Origin: Candidatus Krumholzibacteriia bacterium
GTDB taxonomy: Bacteria; Krumholzibacteriota; Krumholzibacteriia; JAJRXK01
Length of the DNA: 64,000 nt
Assembly: GCA_041484665.1 (NCBI GenBank)
Contig: JBGPIA010000011.1
Coordinates: 1-64,000 of the forward strand
Direction of reading: 5' to 3'
The notes below the pieces were generated by a model, which saw nothing but the letters and a program-made list of their open reading frames with translations, did no database searches and was not told the DNA's origin. Both the position numbers and the translations under genes were made by a program. Position 1 is the first letter of the stretch, and every line of letters starts with the position of its first letter. Below, piece after piece: positions 18,639-27,299 of this stretch.

Positions 18639-20753
18639 TCACCCCAGCTTCCAGACGAGCAGAACCAGGAGCGTCAGCGCGATGTACAGCATGTAGAGGT
18701 TTAGATGCCCGTGCTGCAGCCAGCGCAGCTTCGCCAGCCCGCGGGCGGCCCCCCCGAAGGCGGGCCGGTAGAGGCGCTCGTCGATGGCGTCGGGCGTCTG
18801 CGAGGCGAACGCCGCGGCGCTCGGGAACAGACCGGCGGGCCGCGTCACCTCGCGACGCACCCGCAGCACCGCGCCAAAGAGCCCGGTGAGCGGCTGGACG
18901 AACGACGACCCCGTGTACTGCATCCGCGGCGTTGGCAGGGCGTAGCCGCAGTCCCACGTCACGGATCGCTCGACGGTCCGCCCCCGCAGCAGAGCGCGCC
19001 GCACCGCCTCGAGCACCGCGACCAGCGCGAGCAGCAATCCCGTGACGAGCACGACCATGCGCAGCGGGCGCGTCGCGGCCGAGAGACCGTACGCGACCGT
19101 CGCCGTTGGCAACTGCGTCGCGATCGCGAGCACCGGCGCCAGCGCCGCCACGAGCCACGGCGCCGCGAGCCCCGCTGCAACGCATCCGCTCGCCAGCAGC
19201 TTCATAGCCAGCCGCATCGAGCCGCCCACCTCGCTCGCCCCTGCGGCGCCGGCGCTGCGCGGGGTGCCGAGGAACGCGATCCCGAAGGCCTTCGCGAATG
19301 CGGCGACGGCGAGCCCACCGATCACGGCGAGCCCCGCGGCCGCGCCCAGGGCAGGAAGGCTCGCGGCGACCCCGAGCGTCGTCCCCCCGCGCAGGGCGGC
19401 CAGGTAGACCAGGAACTCGCTGGCGAATCCGTTCAGCGGTGGCAGCCCGCAGATCGCGGCCGCGCCCACGAGAAACGCCGTGCCCGTGGTCGGCATCCGT
19501 CCCAGCAGGCCGCCCAGTCGGTCGATCGTGCGCGTGCCCGCGCGCAAAGCGACCGCACCTGCGCCCAGGAACAAGAGCCCCTTGAACAGCGCGTGGTTGG
19601 CGACATGCAGCAGAGCGCCGGCGAACCCGAGCACGGCGACGATGGGAGCGCCCGCGGCCAGCCCGAGCAGACCGATCCCCACCCCCATCGCGACGATCCC
19701 CATGTTCTCGACGCTCGAGTACGCAAGCAGACGCTTGAGGTCGTGTTGCGCCAGCGCGAAGAGAGCCCCGAGGACGCCCGACAGCAGCCCGATCCCGATG
19801 AGGACGGCGCCCCACCACGGCGCCGGCGGCCCCAGGAACGTGAGCAGCCGCAGCAGCCCGTACACGCCCATCTTGATCATCGCGCCCGACATCACGGCCG
19901 AGACGTGCGTCGGGGCGGCCGGATGCGCCTCGGGCAGCCACACGTGGAACGGCACGAACCCCGCCTTCGTCCCGAACCCGACGACGCCCAGCAGGAAGAC
20001 CACGCCCGCGAGCGACGGGGCCAGCTTTCCCGCCCCCGCGAATCGCTCGAAATCGAGTGACCCCGTCTGGCGACCCAGCAGCGCGAATGCCACCAGCAGG
20101 AACGCCGTTCCCAGATGCATTGCGATCAGGTAGGTGCGGCCCGCCGCACGCACACTCTCGTCGTCGTCCTCAAACGTGACGAGCAAGAACGAGGCGAGCG
20201 TCATCAGCTCCCACGCCATGAGGAACAGGATCGCGTTGCGCGCGACGACGACCATGCCCATGCTGGCCACCAGCACTCCGTAGAAGAACCACGCCGGGCC
20301 GAGCGCCCGGGGCGTGCGGACGTGCTCTATGCGCGCCGGCTCGTCGGATCGCGATTCGCCGGGGTGCACCGCGCGCAGGCCGCCGTCCGCCGGGGCACCA
20401 GCCTGCTGCGCGTCGCCCGCTCCGTGCGACTGCTGGAGGTACTGGCCGCCGTAGATGGCGGCCACGCCCGACACGCCAAACACGACCAGCAGGAAGAACG
20501 CGGAAAGCGCATCGATCTCGACGGAGAACGAGCCGTAGGGGACGTCCCAGGGCCGATGAAGCGAGGCGACCGGACCCCCCAGCACGACGCGCAGCGCCGG
20601 AACCGCGCCGAGCGCGCAGCTGGCGAGCACGCTGCCCACGCCCCAGCGCGTGGAGCGGCCAGCGGGGCGGCCCGTGGAGCGGCCGGTGACCAGGGCGCAC
20701 GTCCCGCCCACCAGCAGCAGCCCCAGGGCGCACAGGAGCAGCGTCACGTCCAC
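18639..20753 (-). CDS. hyfB: HyfB/NuoL-like antiporter-type subunit
   Basis: FLMAWELM, GTKAGFVPFHVWLPEAHPAAP, LKRLLAYSSVENMG, GLPPLNGFASE and TWDCGY..RMQYT..SF motifs. Confidence 0.9.
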   Translation of the reverse strand: MDVTLLLCALGLLLVGGTCALVTGRSTGRPAGRSTRWGVGSVLASCALGAVPALRVVLGGPVASLHRPWDVPYGSFSVEIDALSAFFLLVVFGVSGVAAIYGGQYLQQSHGAGDAQQAGAPADGGLRAVHPGESRSDEPARIEHVRTPRALGPAWFFYGVLVASMGMVVVARNAILFLMAWELMTLASFLLVTFEDDDESVRAAGRTYLIAMHLGTAFLLVAFALLGRQTGSLDFERFAGAGKLAPSLAGVVFLLGVVGFGTKAGFVPFHVWLPEAHPAAPTHVSAVMSGAMIKMGVYGLLRLLTFLGPPAPWWGAVLIGIGLLSGVLGALFALAQHDLKRLLAYSSVENMGIVAMGVGIGLLGLAAGAPIVAVLGFAGALLHVANHALFKGLLFLGAGAVALRAGTRTIDRLGGLLGRMPTTGTAFLVGAAAICGLPPLNGFASEFLVYLAALRGGTTLGVAASLPALGAAAGLAVIGGLAVAAFAKAFGIAFLGTPRSAGAAGASEVGGSMRLAMKLLASGCVAAGLAAPWLVAALAPVLAIATQLPTATVAYGLSAATRPLRMVVLVTGLLLALVAVLEAVRRALLRGRTVERSVTWDCGYALPTPRMQYTGSSFVQPLTGLFGAVLRVRREVTRPAGLFPSAAAFASQTPDAIDERLYRPAFGGAARGLAKLRWLQHGHLNLYMLYIALTLLVLLVWKLG

Positions 20754-21565
20754 TGGCGCTTTCCAGCAGGCTTGCGGCCCGCGGCGCTAGTCGGTCGTTC
20801 GTCCGTGCCCGCGGTCGGTCGTTCGCCTGTGGCGCCGGTCGGTCGTTCACCCGTGGCGGGGGCCGGTCCCGCGCCGGTGGTACCTCCGGACATCGCCAAC
20901 CCCGCCTCCACGCGCCGGGCCTCGGCCAGGATTTCGTCGCGCGTCCCCTGGCGTGCGACGACGGACTTGAACCCCGGGTCGCGCAGAACGAACGCGAGCC
21001 GCGAGAGAAGGTGGAGATGGGCGCGCACCGTCGGGCTGACCAGCGCGAAGAGCGTATCGACAGGCTGCCCGTCGAGCGCTCCGAAGTCGACCGGCTGCTC
21101 GAGGAAGCACAGCGTCACCATGGGGCGCGGGACGTGGAGGATGATGGGATTGCGGACATGCGGGATCGCGATGCCGTCGCCGATCCCGGTCGATTCCATC
21201 GCCTCGCGCGCGAGAAGCACGCGGAAGAGGAACTCGCGGTCGACCTCGTCGGGCAGCCGCATCGTCTCGACCAGCGCACGCAGGACCGATTCGCGATCGG
21301 TCCCGCTGAGCCGGTAGTGGATCCCGCCCGCTTGCAGGGCGTCGACGAGCCCCGGCATCGGCGTAGCCGTGCTCTCGGGCTCCTGGAAGATGTCGACGGA
21401 GACGTTGATCTTCCGGGAGGTGGCCCACTCCAGAAGCTCTGCCCGGTTGAAACGGTACTGCTCGTTGACCCGGTAGGCGGGCAGGGTCCCGTGGCTGATC
21501 CAGCGGTAGACCGTCTTTTCCGAGACGCTGAGCAGTTTCGCCACGTCACGGACGGTGAGCTGCAT
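20744..21565 (-). CDS. Excisionase/MerR-like HTH fused to a PTS EIIA (Ntr/Fru-type) domain
   Basis: N-terminal LTVRDVAKLLSVSEKTVYRWI..LPAYRV..QYRF. C-terminal RE..ESTGIGDGIAIPH (phospho-His) and VDFGALDGQPV. Overlaps the hyfB start. Confidence 0.88.
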   Translation of the reverse strand: MQLTVRDVAKLLSVSEKTVYRWISHGTLPAYRVNEQYRFNRAELLEWATSRKINVSVDIFQEPESTATPMPGLVDALQAGGIHYRLSGTDRESVLRALVETMRLPDEVDREFLFRVLLAREAMESTGIGDGIAIPHVRNPIILHVPRPMVTLCFLEQPVDFGALDGQPVDTLFALVSPTVRAHLHLLSRLAFVLRDPGFKSVVARQGTRDEILAEARRVEAGLAMSGGTTGAGPAPATGERPTGATGERPTAGTDERPTSAAGRKPAGKRQWT

Positions 21566-21600
21566 CGTTCTTCCCCGATGGTCAACAAGAGAACCGCACA

Positions 21601-21632
21601 GACATCCTAGGTATCGACATTCTTGGTGTCCA
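21601..21632 (-). promoter_or_regulatory. Ehr operon promoter overlapped by two tandem 15-bp repeats
   Basis: Minus strand TGGACA-17-TAGGAT. Plus strand GACATCCTAGGTATC (21601-21615) and GACATTCTTGGTGTC (21616-21630). Confidence 0.6.
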
Positions 21633-21717
21633 TGGATTTCCAAACGCGTCCATTGATGGGTTGACCGCCGGAACGCTTGCGCCCCCGCGCCCTCGCGCCT
21701 CCAGCCGACGCCACCTG

Positions 21718-21747
21718 TCGCTCACCGGTGCCCAGCCGCCGTTCGCC
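21718..21747 (+). promoter_or_regulatory. LytTR-type 9-12-9 direct repeat
   Basis: TCGCTCACC, 12 nt, CCGTTCGCC (AlgR-like CCGTTCGTC), upstream of the liaF-like/LytS/LytTR operon. Confidence 0.55.
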
Positions 21748-21898
21748 GAATCACCGCAGCCCACTGCGCGCGCGCTCCGTAGGGTGCAGCTGCAAGAGGG
21801 GGAGAGCGGGCACGCTGGCGTGGGGCCGGATCGTCCGACCGGATCATCGCCCGGCTGGGGCGCTTGCCCCCTGCCCTTGCCAAGCCAAAGGAGGAATC

Positions 21899-22177
21899 AT
21901 GGAGGGGAGATCCGACGCCGATACCGGCCGATGGAGCAGACGCCGTCACCGCTCTCACGCGCACGATCGCGCGCACAGCGTCGTCGTCGCCGTCTCGCTG
22001 ATCGTGGTGGGCGCGGCGCTCTTGCTGGACAACCTGCGCATCATCGAGGTCGGCCGCTGGTGGAACCTGTGGCCGTTGATCCTGGTTGCCTGGGGAGCGG
22101 AGATCGTCCTGCGCGAGAGCCTTACGCCCGCGCCGCGGACGCCCGGCAACGCACCGTTTGAAGGGGAGGCGCGCTGA
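21899..22177 (+). CDS. Small LiaI/LiaF-like (DUF5668) membrane protein
   Basis: AAGGAGG RBS. LIVVGAALLLDNL and WNLWPLILVAWG motifs. Confidence 0.75.
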   Translation: MEGRSDADTGRWSRRRHRSHAHDRAHSVVVAVSLIVVGAALLLDNLRIIEVGRWWNLWPLILVAWGAEIVLRESLTPAPRTPGNAPFEGEAR

Positions 22178-22878
22178 TGAATGGCTCCCCGGGTGTCCGC
22201 TTCCATCTGAGTGCCCGGCTTGCGCTGGGGCTGGGCCTGATCGCGGCCGGTGTCCTGTTCACCCTCGACAACGTGGGTGTCGTCGACGCGCACCCGTACC
22301 TGCGGTGGTGGCCAGCGCTGCTCATCCTCGTGGGGCTCAGCCGGCTGATGAACGTGCGGACCTCGATCCAGGTGCTCTCTGCGCTGCTGTGGATCGTCAT
22401 CGGCCTGTGGCTGCTGCTGCGGAACCTCCACCTCATCCACCTCGACTTCTGGGATTTCTGGCCGATGGCGCTGGTCGCGCTGGGCTTCAGCATCCTGTCG
22501 CGCTCCGTCTCCACGGGGCGGCCCTCGCAGCCGCGCACGGATTCCACGCAGACGGTGGTTGCGCTGGCGTTCCTGAGCGGGCTGGACCGCAAGCTCGATA
22601 CGCAGGACTTTCGCGGCGGGCAGGTCACGGCCATCATGGGCGGAGGGGAGATCGACCTGCGCCAGGCCTCCATCACGCGCGGCGAGGTGGTGGTGGACGT
22701 GTTTGCCTTTTGGGGCGGGATCGACCTGATCGTCCCGGGCGACTGGACGGTGGACAATCACGTCATCGCGCTGCTGGGAGGGGTCGAGGACAGTCGCAAG
22801 CAGATGGCGGGCGATCCCAACAAGCGCCTGGTGGTCAAGGGCATGGCGATCATGGGCGGCATCGAGATCCGCAACTAG
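22177..22878 (+). CDS. LiaF-related membrane protein (DUF5668 plus DUF2154-like domain)
   Basis: TM helices with WWP/FWP. FRGGQVTAIMGGGEIDLRQA, FWGGIDLIVP.DW.V and MGGIEIRN motifs. Confidence 0.85.
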   Translation: MNGSPGVRFHLSARLALGLGLIAAGVLFTLDNVGVVDAHPYLRWWPALLILVGLSRLMNVRTSIQVLSALLWIVIGLWLLLRNLHLIHLDFWDFWPMALVALGFSILSRSVSTGRPSQPRTDSTQTVVALAFLSGLDRKLDTQDFRGGQVTAIMGGGEIDLRQASITRGEVVVDVFAFWGGIDLIVPGDWTVDNHVIALLGGVEDSRKQMAGDPNKRLVVKGMAIMGGIEIRN

Positions 22879-22900
22879 GCTGGCAGCCGGGGAGGCCGGC

Positions 22901-24082
22901 GTGCATCCGATCCTGGCGGACAGGGGGCGGCTCGCCCTGTATCTGGCGGCCTGGGCTCCCGTGGGCGGCCTGATCGCGGCCGCGCTCGCCCTGCCCGACC
23001 GCCGCGCCGCGGGCGAGGCCATCGGCCTGGCGCTCCCCTTGGCGTTGTCTGGCGCCTTCCTGTGCCTGGCCGTGTGGCCCCTGTGCCGCTCGCTCCCGCT
23101 GGGCGCCACCGACCCCGCGCGGTTGGTCGCCACGCACGCCGCCGGAGCCACCGTCACCTGCGTGCTCTGGCTGCTGGTCGGCGCGGCGGCGGCTGGACTC
23201 ATGGAGCGGCTGCCGGCCTTCGCGGGCGCGGCGGTGCGCTACCGGCGCGACATCCCGATGCTGCTGTTGGCCGGAGCACTGGTCTTCGTTCTAGCGGCGC
23301 TGGCGCACTACCTCATGATCGCCTTCGAGCGATCCCGCGCCGCCGAGCGGGCGGCCCTCGAGTTGCAGGTATTGGCGCGCGACGCGCAGCTGCGCGCGCT
23401 CAAGGCGCAAGTCAATCCGCACTTCCTGTTCAACAGCCTCAATTCCATCAGCGCGCTGACATCGGTCGACCCGGCCCGCGCGCGCGAGATGTGCGTGCTG
23501 TTGGGCGATTTTCTGCGGGGCGGTCTGCGCGTGGGCGAGCGCGAGCAGATTCCGCTGTCCGAGGAGTTGGCGCTGGCGCAGAGCTACCTGGCCGTCGAGC
23601 AGGTCCGCTTCGGGCCCAGGCTGCGCGTAGAGACAGAGGTCGAACCGCAAGCGCGCGGCTGCCTCGTGCCCCCGCTGTTGCTGCAGCCGCTGCTCGAGAA
23701 TGCCCTCAACCACGGCATCGCGCACTGTCTGAGCGGGGGGGCCGTGCGGCTGGGAGCGCGCGTGTGCGCGGGGCAACTGGAGCTGCAGCTCGCAAACCCC
23801 TGCTCGGCCGACCGCCCGCGCGGGCGAGGTACCGGCATGGGGCTGGCCAACGTGCGTGCGCGCCTGGCGGCGCTGCACCCGGGTGATGCGCGGGTCGATC
23901 TGCAGGAGCGCGACGGGGTGTTCCGGGTGGACGTCCACCTGCCCGCGGTGGGGGCGGAGGCGGCAGCAGCGGAGACGGCGAGTGCGGAGGCAGCGACAGC
24001 GGTGGCGGCGACAGCGGTGACACCGACCACGACCGCGCCGGCCGGCGGCGAGCCAACCCGCGAGGACCCACGCGATGCCTGA
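22901..24082 (+). CDS. LytS/YehU-family sensor histidine kinase
   Basis: LRALKAQVNPHFLFNSLNSI, YL.VEQVRFG.RL, PPLLLQPLLENA..HG and GTGMGLANV motifs. Confidence 0.92.
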   Translation: MHPILADRGRLALYLAAWAPVGGLIAAALALPDRRAAGEAIGLALPLALSGAFLCLAVWPLCRSLPLGATDPARLVATHAAGATVTCVLWLLVGAAAAGLMERLPAFAGAAVRYRRDIPMLLLAGALVFVLAALAHYLMIAFERSRAAERAALELQVLARDAQLRALKAQVNPHFLFNSLNSISALTSVDPARAREMCVLLGDFLRGGLRVGEREQIPLSEELALAQSYLAVEQVRFGPRLRVETEVEPQARGCLVPPLLLQPLLENALNHGIAHCLSGGAVRLGARVCAGQLELQLANPCSADRPRGRGTGMGLANVRARLAALHPGDARVDLQERDGVFRVDVHLPAVGAEAAAAETASAEAATAVAATAVTPTTTAPAGGEPTREDPRDA

Positions 24083-24824
24083 CCCGCGTCCGCTGCGCGC
24101 CGTCATCGTCGACGACGAGGAGCTGGCCCGCGCGGTCCTGCGCGAGCATCTGGCTGCGCACCCCGACGTGCAGGTCGTGGCCGAGTGCGTCAATGGCTTC
24201 GAGGCGATCAAAGCCGTGAGCGCGCACGCGCCCGATCTGCTGCTGCTGGACATCCAGATGCCCAAGCTGGATGGCTTCGAGGTGCTGCAGCTGCTCGACC
24301 GCGACGTCGCGGTGATCTTCGTCACGGCCTACGACGAGCACGCCCTGCGTGCCTTCGCGGTGCACGCTGTCGACTATCTGCTCAAGCCCTTCAGCGCTCA
24401 GCGCCTGGGTGAAGCGCTCGCCCAAGCCCGACAGCGCGTCGGCCGGCCGGCCGCGGTGCCGCCCTCGCGCCTGGCCGCTGCGGCGCGGCGTCCGGGCGAG
24501 TGGCTCGCGCGCCTGATCGTGCGCGACGGCGCGCAGGTCCACGTCATCCCGGCGGAAGCGATCGACAGCATCCAGGCGCAGGACGACTACATCTGCATCC
24601 GGGCGCACGGGCGGCGGCACCTCAAGCAGCAGACGCTGGCCGAGATCGAGGGCCAGCTCGATCCATCGCGCTTCGTACGCATCCACCGCAGCTGGATCCT
24701 CAACATCGACCGGCTGGCACGGCTCGAGCCCGCGACCCGGGACAGCCGCACGGCGGTGCTGCGCGACGGCACGCAGCTGCCTGTCAGCCGCGCCGGCCAC
24801 GCGCGCTTGATGGAGCTGCTCTGA
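24075..24824 (+). CDS. LytTR-family response regulator
   Basis: IVDDE, LLDIQMP, FVTAYD, DYLLKP, FVRIHRS and LPVSR motifs. Confidence 0.95.
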   Translation: MPDPRPLRAVIVDDEELARAVLREHLAAHPDVQVVAECVNGFEAIKAVSAHAPDLLLLDIQMPKLDGFEVLQLLDRDVAVIFVTAYDEHALRAFAVHAVDYLLKPFSAQRLGEALAQARQRVGRPAAVPPSRLAAAARRPGEWLARLIVRDGAQVHVIPAEAIDSIQAQDDYICIRAHGRRHLKQQTLAEIEGQLDPSRFVRIHRSWILNIDRLARLEPATRDSRTAVLRDGTQLPVSRAGHARLMELL

Positions 24825-24916
24825 CGCCAGCGCGATCTGGCGACGACGACTGCCTTGACAGCGCGCGCCGGGCTCGCCCAGACTCTGCCCGGCGCTCGCA
24901 CGAACCATCCGCCGGC

Positions 24917-25795
24917 GTGTCCGCCGGACCATCCGAGGGGCTGTCTCTGCGCATCCTGTCGCGACCGTGCCTGCGCCCGTCTGGTGGCTGCCGTTCTTCG
25001 CATCGCGACGCAGCGCACGCCGCCCAGCGCGTCGTCCACCGGGTCGTCGACCGCGCAGTCCACCACGTCGTCCCGCGCTGGGCCCTGCTCACGCTCGTCG
25101 CGTTACTCGTCGCGTTGCTGGGGCCGCCTCTCTGCGATCCGACGGCGCGGGCCGCCTTGCTTCAAGTGCGCGGCCCCGCCGGCGCTGCGGTCCTTGTCGA
25201 CGGTCGGGCCGAGGGCGTACTGCCGCTGGGCGGACCGCTCGTGCTGACCGCGGGCGCGCACGCGGTACGTCTGGAGCAGGTCGGGTTCTATCCCAGCGAG
25301 ACGCAGGTCGACGCGATTTCGGACGCGCAGGTCATCGATCTGGCGATGGGGCTGTACCCCAAGAGCCGCAGCGGCGCCGTGACGCGCAGCCTCGTGCTGG
25401 CCGGCGTGGGGCAGCAGTACGAGGGACACGACAAGCTCGGCTGGACGCTCATGGCGGCGGAGGTCGCCGGCGTGGGCACGGCGGTGATGGCGCAGCTGCG
25501 GTTCTTCAACCAGCGCGACGAGTTCGACTCTGCCGTCGACCGCTACAACCGGGCGCTCAACCCCGAAGAGATCGCGGCCGGCCAGGCCGCCGCGCAGAAG
25601 GCCTTCGATCGCATGGGGACGGCCGAGACCGTGCGCAACATCGCCCTGGGCGTCGCTCTGGCGACGGTGACCGTCAGCGTGCTGGATGCGTGGCTGCGTT
25701 TCCCGCACGTTGAGGCGGGCTCCGGCGATCTGCCGCTGGCGGCGTCCGAGGCAGCGTCATCGGGCGTTCATCTTGCGCTGCAGGCGCGCTTCTGA
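24917..25795 (+). CDS. PEGA-domain membrane/secreted protein (start uncertain)
   Basis: PAGAAVLVDG..G.LP..L.AG.H.VRLE..GF (PEGA), then SLVLAGVGQQY. Upstream TTGACA-N18-CAGACT at 24855. Confidence 0.65.
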   Translation: MSAGPSEGLSLRILSRPCLRPSGGCRSSHRDAAHAAQRVVHRVVDRAVHHVVPRWALLTLVALLVALLGPPLCDPTARAALLQVRGPAGAAVLVDGRAEGVLPLGGPLVLTAGAHAVRLEQVGFYPSETQVDAISDAQVIDLAMGLYPKSRSGAVTRSLVLAGVGQQYEGHDKLGWTLMAAEVAGVGTAVMAQLRFFNQRDEFDSAVDRYNRALNPEEIAAGQAAAQKAFDRMGTAETVRNIALGVALATVTVSVLDAWLRFPHVEAGSGDLPLAASEAASSGVHLALQARF

Positions 25796-25820
25796 CCAGG
25801 ACGGAAAGGAGATCGTCACG

Positions 25821-27299
25821 ATGCGCGCGCGCGTGGTCCACAGCCTGGCGCCTTTGGGGCTGATCGTGCTGGCGGCCGTGGGCAGCTGCAGCCAACGGCC
25901 CGTCGAGCCCGTGTTCGAGAATCCCTTCCGGCCCGACGGACCCGACGGCGGAGACCCGTTCCACATCACCGCGGCCTACACCGTGGCCGGCGTGGTGATT
26001 GCCTGGTCCAACCCCGGTGTGGAGGGCATCAAGAGCTACGAGGTGCTGCACGACACGGTGGTCACCGGGGACTACGTGCCGATCGCAGCGGTCCTGCCCG
26101 GGGCGTTGCTCAGCTTCATCGATGTCGACTACGCCCGATACCGCGACAACTACTACAAAGTGCGCGCCGTGGGCGACAACCAGGAGAGCGCTCTCTCGCG
26201 GGTGGCCGCGGCCCGCGTGTTCGCGCCACCGGAGGTCGTTTTTCCCGGCGATCCCACCAAGGTGCGTACACGTTATCCGAGGCTCTCCCTGCGCTCCGAC
26301 CGCGGTGACGAATTCGAGCTGGCCGCCACGCCGGACTTCGTCGGATCGCAGCGCGTACCCCGCACGGCGGCTCGTATCGATTCCGTGCGGTGGGACTTGG
26401 GTCCTGCCCCCGGCAATGGCACCCGGAAGTTCCTCTACGCCCGCGTCTGGACCGGGACACAGGCCTCGCCCACGATCAAGGACTCGACGCTGGTGGAGTT
26501 CAAGCCGGCGATGAGCGTGGTCAGCGGTCCGGTCATCGACTCGCTGGTCACCATTCGTGTCACGACCACCGGCGCAGATTCGCTGCGGCTGGCGCGCACA
26601 CATGCCCGGCTGGCGGCGGCACCCTGGCGGGTGCGCACGCAGGACAGCACCACGGTGGAGGTTGTCCCCGTGGTCCTTGCCGCTTCAAAGAACTCGCAGT
26701 TCATCCTCGGCCAGTTCCGCTGCGACTTCGGCTTCGGCCGCGTGGACAGCCTGAGCGTGAAGCCGCTGGTGGTGGGAACCGCCTCCTTCTACTTCAACAA
26801 CAACGACACGCTCGTTTCCAACCCGCGGGTCTTGGTCGTCTCGGCGGTCAACAACGCGACCCAGATGCGATTCTGGGTCGCACAAGACTCCGCCGGGGTC
26901 CCATGGAAGGCCTTTGACGACAGCACGTTCTTCACTCTCAGCGCGGGAACCGGGTACAAGCGGGTCTACGGGCAGTACCGCAATTTCTATGACCCAGACG
27001 GCCAGGTCGCGGGGCGGACGATCCATCTGGTGGGCGGCCCTGCGGCGCAGTCGGCGGGCCCTGCGGCGCAGTCGGCGGGAGCAGCGGCGGTGCCAGCGGG
27101 CTCCGCGGCGGCAGCGCACCGAGCAGCAAGCGCGCGCCCCGCAGCCTCCGCGCGCTCCGCGGTAGAGCCCGCGGCGGGGTCTGGCTTGGTGGTGTCTGGC
27201 GCGGCGGGATCTGCGGACGCAGCGGCACGCGCGAGCGTACCCGGTCCTGCGGGATCGGCAGCTACGGCTCCTCCACCCACTCGACGACGCGAGCGGTAA
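25821..27299 (+). CDS. Lipoprotein with FN3/Ig-like beta domains and an Ala-rich low-complexity tail
   Basis: AAGGAG RBS, lipobox VGSC, 'FENPF.PD', YYKVRAV..ES, LSAGTGYKRVYGQYRN. Confidence 0.7.
   Translation: MRARVVHSLAPLGLIVLAAVGSCSQRPVEPVFENPFRPDGPDGGDPFHITAAYTVAGVVIAWSNPGVEGIKSYEVLHDTVVTGDYVPIAAVLPGALLSFIDVDYARYRDNYYKVRAVGDNQESALSRVAAARVFAPPEVVFPGDPTKVRTRYPRLSLRSDRGDEFELAATPDFVGSQRVPRTAARIDSVRWDLGPAPGNGTRKFLYARVWTGTQASPTIKDSTLVEFKPAMSVVSGPVIDSLVTIRVTTTGADSLRLARTHARLAAAPWRVRTQDSTTVEVVPVVLAASKNSQFILGQFRCDFGFGRVDSLSVKPLVVGTASFYFNNNDTLVSNPRVLVVSAVNNATQMRFWVAQDSAGVPWKAFDDSTFFTLSAGTGYKRVYGQYRNFYDPDGQVAGRTIHLVGGPAAQSAGPAAQSAGAAAVPAGSAAAAHRAASARPAASARSAVEPAAGSGLVVSGAAGSADAAARASVPGPAGSAATAPPPTRRRER

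Noticed and set aside
20790..20848. LytTR-like boxes TCGTTCGTC / TCGTTCGCC / TCGTTCACC
   Set aside because: The period is 24 bp rather than 21 bp and they lie inside a coding tail, so a coding tandem repeat explains them better.
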